Shown: piece by piece, positions 59,549 through 64,000 of the stretch
Layout of the letters: every line of letters begins with the position of its first letter
Numbering within the stretch: the stretch's first letter is position 1
NCBI GenBank assembly: GCA_963811105.1
Contig: CAWEPZ010000011.1
Span: 512,001 to 576,000, forward strand
Source of the DNA: Candidatus Bathyarchaeota archaeon
GTDB taxonomy: Archaea; Thermoproteota; Bathyarchaeia; Bathyarchaeales; Bathycorpusculaceae
Length of the DNA: 64,000 bases
Reading direction: 5' to 3'
Translations under genes and position numbers: made by a program
The notes under the pieces: generated by a model
Told to the model about the DNA's origin: nothing
The model's input: the letters and a program-made list of their open reading frames with translations, nothing else
Database searches by the model: none

Positions 59549-60913
59549 TATCTTGGTTGCTTTGCTGGTTTACCTACTGCGGGTCTTCGCCATATTCTTG
59601 CACCCGACAATTCCAGCATTAGTTTTGCTTCGAATACTGATTTGGCTCGGCATTGGATTGTTGCTTTACGCGTTACTGTTAATCGTGATTGGACCTGGGA
59701 TGGTTTAGCATCAACTGGCGTTTCTGTGGTTCGTCAGGGAGTCGGTGAGGTAGGACGAATTGAGCCTCGTTTCACAATTAATTCTGATGCTCTCATTCAT
59801 CCAGATCGAAATGGAACCGATCTAATCTTTTTTGATATTGTTGATCCTAAGCCAGCGCCTGGTGGTTTTCCAGCGGAATTGACCTTGAATTACACTTTGA
59901 CTGCAAAGTTTGTTTCTCCGCCTGCGCAGTCTGATCCTCCGCTTACCGTGAGTGTCTTGCTGCCTGTGACTACACCGCCCGCTCAAGTCCCGCGTTTAGT
60001 ATCGGCGGGAATAGCCTTATCACCTTATGTGCGTTCTGCCGATTATTCTAGTACCAATGAGCGTCGCCGTGTGCTTTGGCTTGAATTTGACCGCCCCTTA
60101 GATAATCCTAGAGATCTTTACTTCTGTCGTGTTCTTGCTTATGCTCCGGATCCTCTGCTTATGAGTGGGCTGAACGATCAGAATGAGACTGCTGAACCTC
60201 CATTGCCAGTTGACCCTGAGCCCATTCGCAGTGTCGTGCCTGGTCAGTCTGACGATCGTGCAGGTTTCACCGCTATGCAGCCGTTGATATCTTCGGATTC
60301 TCCTGTACACTATATGGTGCCGCTTCCGCCGGGTTTGCCTGAGGATGCACCTGAAATGTTTGGCTTCTTTACGTATGAGTTTCGTGTGGGTCATAATCAG
60401 GGTTGGAGTACTGCACAAGGTCGTTTTGGATCTGCATTACGTGTCACGGGCGTGCAGCATCCTGCGCCGCTGCTAACTTGTATGATTGTGCAAAGTAAGG
60501 CTGGTATTGTGGCTAGTGCTCCGTATGCCAATCCAGTTAAGGATGGTCGTAGTGTGCGTCGTTTTCCGCCAGCAACAGAAATTTATGTGATGCTCTACGC
60601 TCAGGTTCGTCAAAGCGACAATTTAGACTTTCGAAATGTGCTTTTGAGTAATAAGCGTGCGCAGTTTCGTGGAAAACCGCTTGAAGATCGTTTTGCGCCT
60701 GATGCGTTTTATGCTGATGCCACTTGGTCTGCGGCTGAGATTAAGATGATGCTCATTGCCTTAACGTTGGATCCTGATACTCCTCTTAGCTGTTTGGCTG
60801 TGGAGACATTGCCTAATGGATTGCCGATTTCTGATCCGCTTGGTGCTGGTCTAGGTCAGGAACGTTTTCTGCGTACGTCGGCGTTGGTTCCTGTTCCAGC
60901 AATTTGCACTTAA
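59549..60913 (+). pseudogene. C-terminal fragment of a large foreign (bacterial-like) protein
   Basis: Frame open upstream of the listed start with no SD or promoter; higher GC, Pro-rich; abuts the previous gene's stop. Confidence 0.5.
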
Positions 60914-61607
60914 CCAGACGATGTCCTTCTGAAGAGTTAGATAGTGACATTGCAGTTTTCATTGGTCGCGTTGTTCTTAGGTTATTTAAACTGTAGTGGC
61001 CAGTGGATACTGTTAAGTTAAGTTACCTTACAGGCTTATGATTATAATCAGGGCTGCGGTTTTGGTGTTTCCTGGTGCTGGAAAATTATTAATAGTATGA
61101 AAGTCTACTATAAAATAGCAAAATATCCATGCGTTTTACGCATCTTCATATCCTTTTTAGATACTAAAAAAAACCGACACGTGTCGGAAACACACTCCTG
61201 CCTGATTGTGAAAATCTGACAGGGACTCTATGGCATTCTCTCTTTTCAAGGTCAAATTGAATAGATAATAGAAAAATAAGCAAAATTCATTGAGATTGAA
61301 AATCCAACAATAATTAATTAGCTTCAATTATTAAACATAATCGCAAGTGTAAAAAAAGTGAGATTTAATTTTGTATCTCAAAACCTAATTCCAGAGCTAT
61401 ATGTCTTGGAAGATAAGTGGTCTTCAGACATTTTCACCAGTAAGAATATTTTACTTTCATACCATTATTGTTTTTTGCAAAAACTGTTCTTTTGTCCAAA
61501 GACACTTGTGAGAACGCTTAACAAGGATACAAATCAATCTCACTTATCAAGCCCCCCCTTATTGTATAAATCGTGCGCACAACAGGCGCATATTTAACAA
61601 CTTTAAT

Positions 61608-61897
61608 TCATTTTGATTTACTCAAGCAATATTGCCAAGTTTGACAATTTCTACCAAAATAAGTAGACCTTCGTCTACCGGATTCAAATGACAAAACTAA
61701 CTTATCAAAGGTAGATGATGATGGCGTGTTTTTTTCACCCTCATCATCAACTACTAATCCTAAGCGAGATGTTTTCATCCGTACATAAGTGAAGGTTTTG
61801 CCCAGAATCTTTGCAATAGAACGCATAGACTTTTTTCTGTTAACAGTGGTCGAAGTAGCTTTTCATCTTCAAATGTCTAAGGTTTACCCTTCGCCAT
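61608..61897 (-). pseudogene. Myb-like HTH protein remnant of mobile-element type
   Basis: MAKGKP*TFEDEKLLR.../MRSIAKILGKT..YVRMK.SRLGL with a stop and a frameshift. Confidence 0.6.
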
Positions 61898-62138
61898 TAA
61901 GTTTATGCAAACTCCAGGTGTCTTAACTAAAAAATAACTTTGCGATTACAGCAGAACTTATTCACAAACCCCAAAATAAATAGGACATTTAGATCTGACG
62001 ACTCAGCTGCTCAGCTCTCTCGGTCCGGCTGCAGACTTCTCGAGCGGTTGCTTTTCCGCTGATGAGTCTGTTCCACCTGTTAAGAATCAAGCTTTTTTTC
62101 CCACAAATAGCCCGATAATAATTCCGGTTAAGCCTGTT

Positions 62139-62330
62139 TTGCTGCTTATTTCTATTCCTAGGATTGGTTTTTTGTCTGCTTTGATGTTGTATGCGGAGAT
62201 TTGTGATATTAAGCGGTTTAGTAATCCTTAGAAGTTGGCGCGTTGTGCTGGGTTGGTTCCTAGGTTTAGTCAGTCTGGTGAGCGTTCTTTTGCTGGACGG
62301 GAGGATAGGGGTGATACTTGGCTTGCGTAG
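62139..62330 (+). pseudogene. IS110-family transposase C-terminal fragment
   Basis: LISIPRIGFLSALMLYAEICDIKRFSNP*KLARCAGLVPRFSQSG. Confidence 0.85.
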
Positions 62331-62591
62331 GGAGACCCTTCGAAGGGAACTATAATCGGGCAGGGCAATCCCGCACAAAGATATTCTGTTTTTCTAAGTC
62401 TGATTGAAACTTCTCCATTTGTTTCAATCTCTCTTTGGACACCTTGAATAGTTTCAGCAAATCCATTATGCTGTATTTCAATTAAACATTTCTGGGAATT
62501 AAAATTAGTGGGTTTGCCAATTGCCATGCTTCAGTCAGGAGAAACTTTAGGCTGCAAAAACAAAGGGAAATGCCTAGAGTCATGAAGACAG

Positions 62592-62762
62592 TTAAGAAAT
62601 GATGTGGGGCTCAGGTTCCAAATAGTATATTGAATGATTTATTGTAACTTTGAAATTATGGTGACATTTCTTGCAATCGTAGGCTTGAATAGTAAAACTA
62701 TAGTTTTTCAGTTCTCTTGAAGGTTTGTCAACTTCTCTGCCACAATTAGGACAATGTGTCAT
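62592..62762 (-). CDS. Small zinc-ribbon protein (56 aa), paralog 2
   Basis: MTHCPNCGREVDKPSRELKNYSFTIQAYDCKKCHHNFKVTINHSIYYLEPEPHIIS*. Confidence 0.8.
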   Translation of the reverse strand: MTHCPNCGREVDKPSRELKNYSFTIQAYDCKKCHHNFKVTINHSIYYLEPEPHIIS

Positions 62763-63139
62763 TTATCTATCAATTTAATTCCTTACCTAAATTGGGAATA
62801 TGAATATTATGAACACAGAATATGTATTAATAATACTATAATCCTCAACGTTATAGCTTAAAGCAGATTCTAAAATAGTTGATAGAACCAATGTTACAAT
62901 GCTAATCCATGACTTATTATTTCTTAAAGGCTTTTTTTCTTATAAGGCAATAATTCCTTCCTAACCAGAGCCTAAAAACCTTCACCCTTACTCATGCCTC
63001 AAGTGGAAAACCCGGCCCCGGTCAATCATTAGTGATTACTAAGAAGTCTATACCTTCTAACCACAACATTTGGGGAAGACGCAACAATCTGAAAGGGAAA
63101 TAGAGAAATATCTCCAATTCCAACACTTATTATAGGTAT

Positions 63140-63589
63140 TTGTTGGGGAAGTCAAAAATGGTTCAGAAGTTATCTAAGTCTGATATTGCGTTTATTCAGC
63201 TGCTACCCGTATGCCGATTAGCAACAGTAACTGAAGAGTGTGAACCAGTGGTGAGGCCTGTTTGGCCCGTATTTGACAAGTTAAACATTTACATTGCAAC
63301 TGATCCTGACACTCCCAAGTTGGAACATATCGAGGCAAATCCGCAGGTTTCTTTAGTTTTTGATGATTACGACCGAGACAATTGGTCAAACATCAAAGGC
63401 GTCCGCATCCAAGGCGAAGCTGAAGTTCTATGGGAGGGCGAAGAATATCGTTATGCACACACGCTTCTGAAAGAAAAATATCCTGAATACGCAAGTCCCG
63501 AGGGCAGTTGGAAGGAAGGAGACGTGCCCATAATCAAAATTACGTTAACCTCTTTCACTAAGTGGTCACAAGGCAAATTACCCAAATAA
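63140..63589 (+). CDS. Pyridoxamine 5'-phosphate oxidase-like (PPOX/F420-binding) protein
   Basis: RLATV...P.V.PVW...K...I..NPQVSLV.DDY...W...GVRIQG.A...L..KYP.Y. Confidence 0.88.
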   Translation: MLGKSKMVQKLSKSDIAFIQLLPVCRLATVTEECEPVVRPVWPVFDKLNIYIATDPDTPKLEHIEANPQVSLVFDDYDRDNWSNIKGVRIQGEAEVLWEGEEYRYAHTLLKEKYPEYASPEGSWKEGDVPIIKITLTSFTKWSQGKLPK

Positions 63590-64000
63590 AGATTTCAAAA
63601 AATTGTCTTTTAGCTAAGAAACGTCTTGTGAATGATACATTAAACCTTAGCCATCTTTGGCTTTTTTCAGAAGCAATTATTAGTCGATGAAAGTATTCAT
63701 AATTTCAGAAGAGTAATGCATTTAGCTCTGAATTTCTTGGCTCATACTTCCGCTCTTAACATAATATCTGTCTAAAAAACATAGACAAACCTTAAAGACA
63801 AAATTGACTTTCGTTAACTTATATTGACTCATTTTAACTTTTTTTGATTTTTTTCGATTCAATCTGGAATAAAACACACCCTACTCTGGAACAGTAAACA
63901 ATATAGACGCTACTTACTGCAAGAACTGCGGCAAGCAACTTCAATAAAGCAAGATGCAATCAGACAAACTATCATTGCACTTTAAGGCCAAAAAAAGCTC

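Noticed and set aside
1-64000. CRISPR array or cas genes
   Set aside because: No regularly spaced 25-40 bp repeats with unique spacers; the repeats found are kilobases apart and tRNA-derived

Overview
An AT-rich archaeal chromosome segment. Markers are egsA, aIF-1A, L35Ae and intron-containing tRNAs; gene content and frequent TTG starts suggest Bathyarchaeia (inference). A few core genes and three minus-strand tRNA genes (Arg-CCT with a D-loop intron, Ser-GGA with a canonical intron, Ser-GCT) sit in a mosaic of accessory DNA. That DNA includes kaiC-kaiB-kaiB-PAS kinase, a CheB/CheR-kinase hybrid, three paralogous ABC exporter pairs, two identical 1812-bp IS1182-type elements, one further IS and many pseudogenes. 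The most striking unexplained structure is a set of tandem, integrase-free gene cassettes downstream of the tRNAs. Each is delimited by a stereotyped tRNA-3'-end mimic, a 13-bp inverted motif and conserved end sequences, and a decayed tyrosine integrase lies divergently next to tRNA-Arg, giving an integron/tycheposon-like layout. A second hotspot is the aIF-1A/TRAM region (2.6-4.8 kb), with unannotated small proteins (LysW-like, C2H2 finger), near-cognate start codons and RNA hairpins. All calls come from reading the sequence by eye; no database searches were run.
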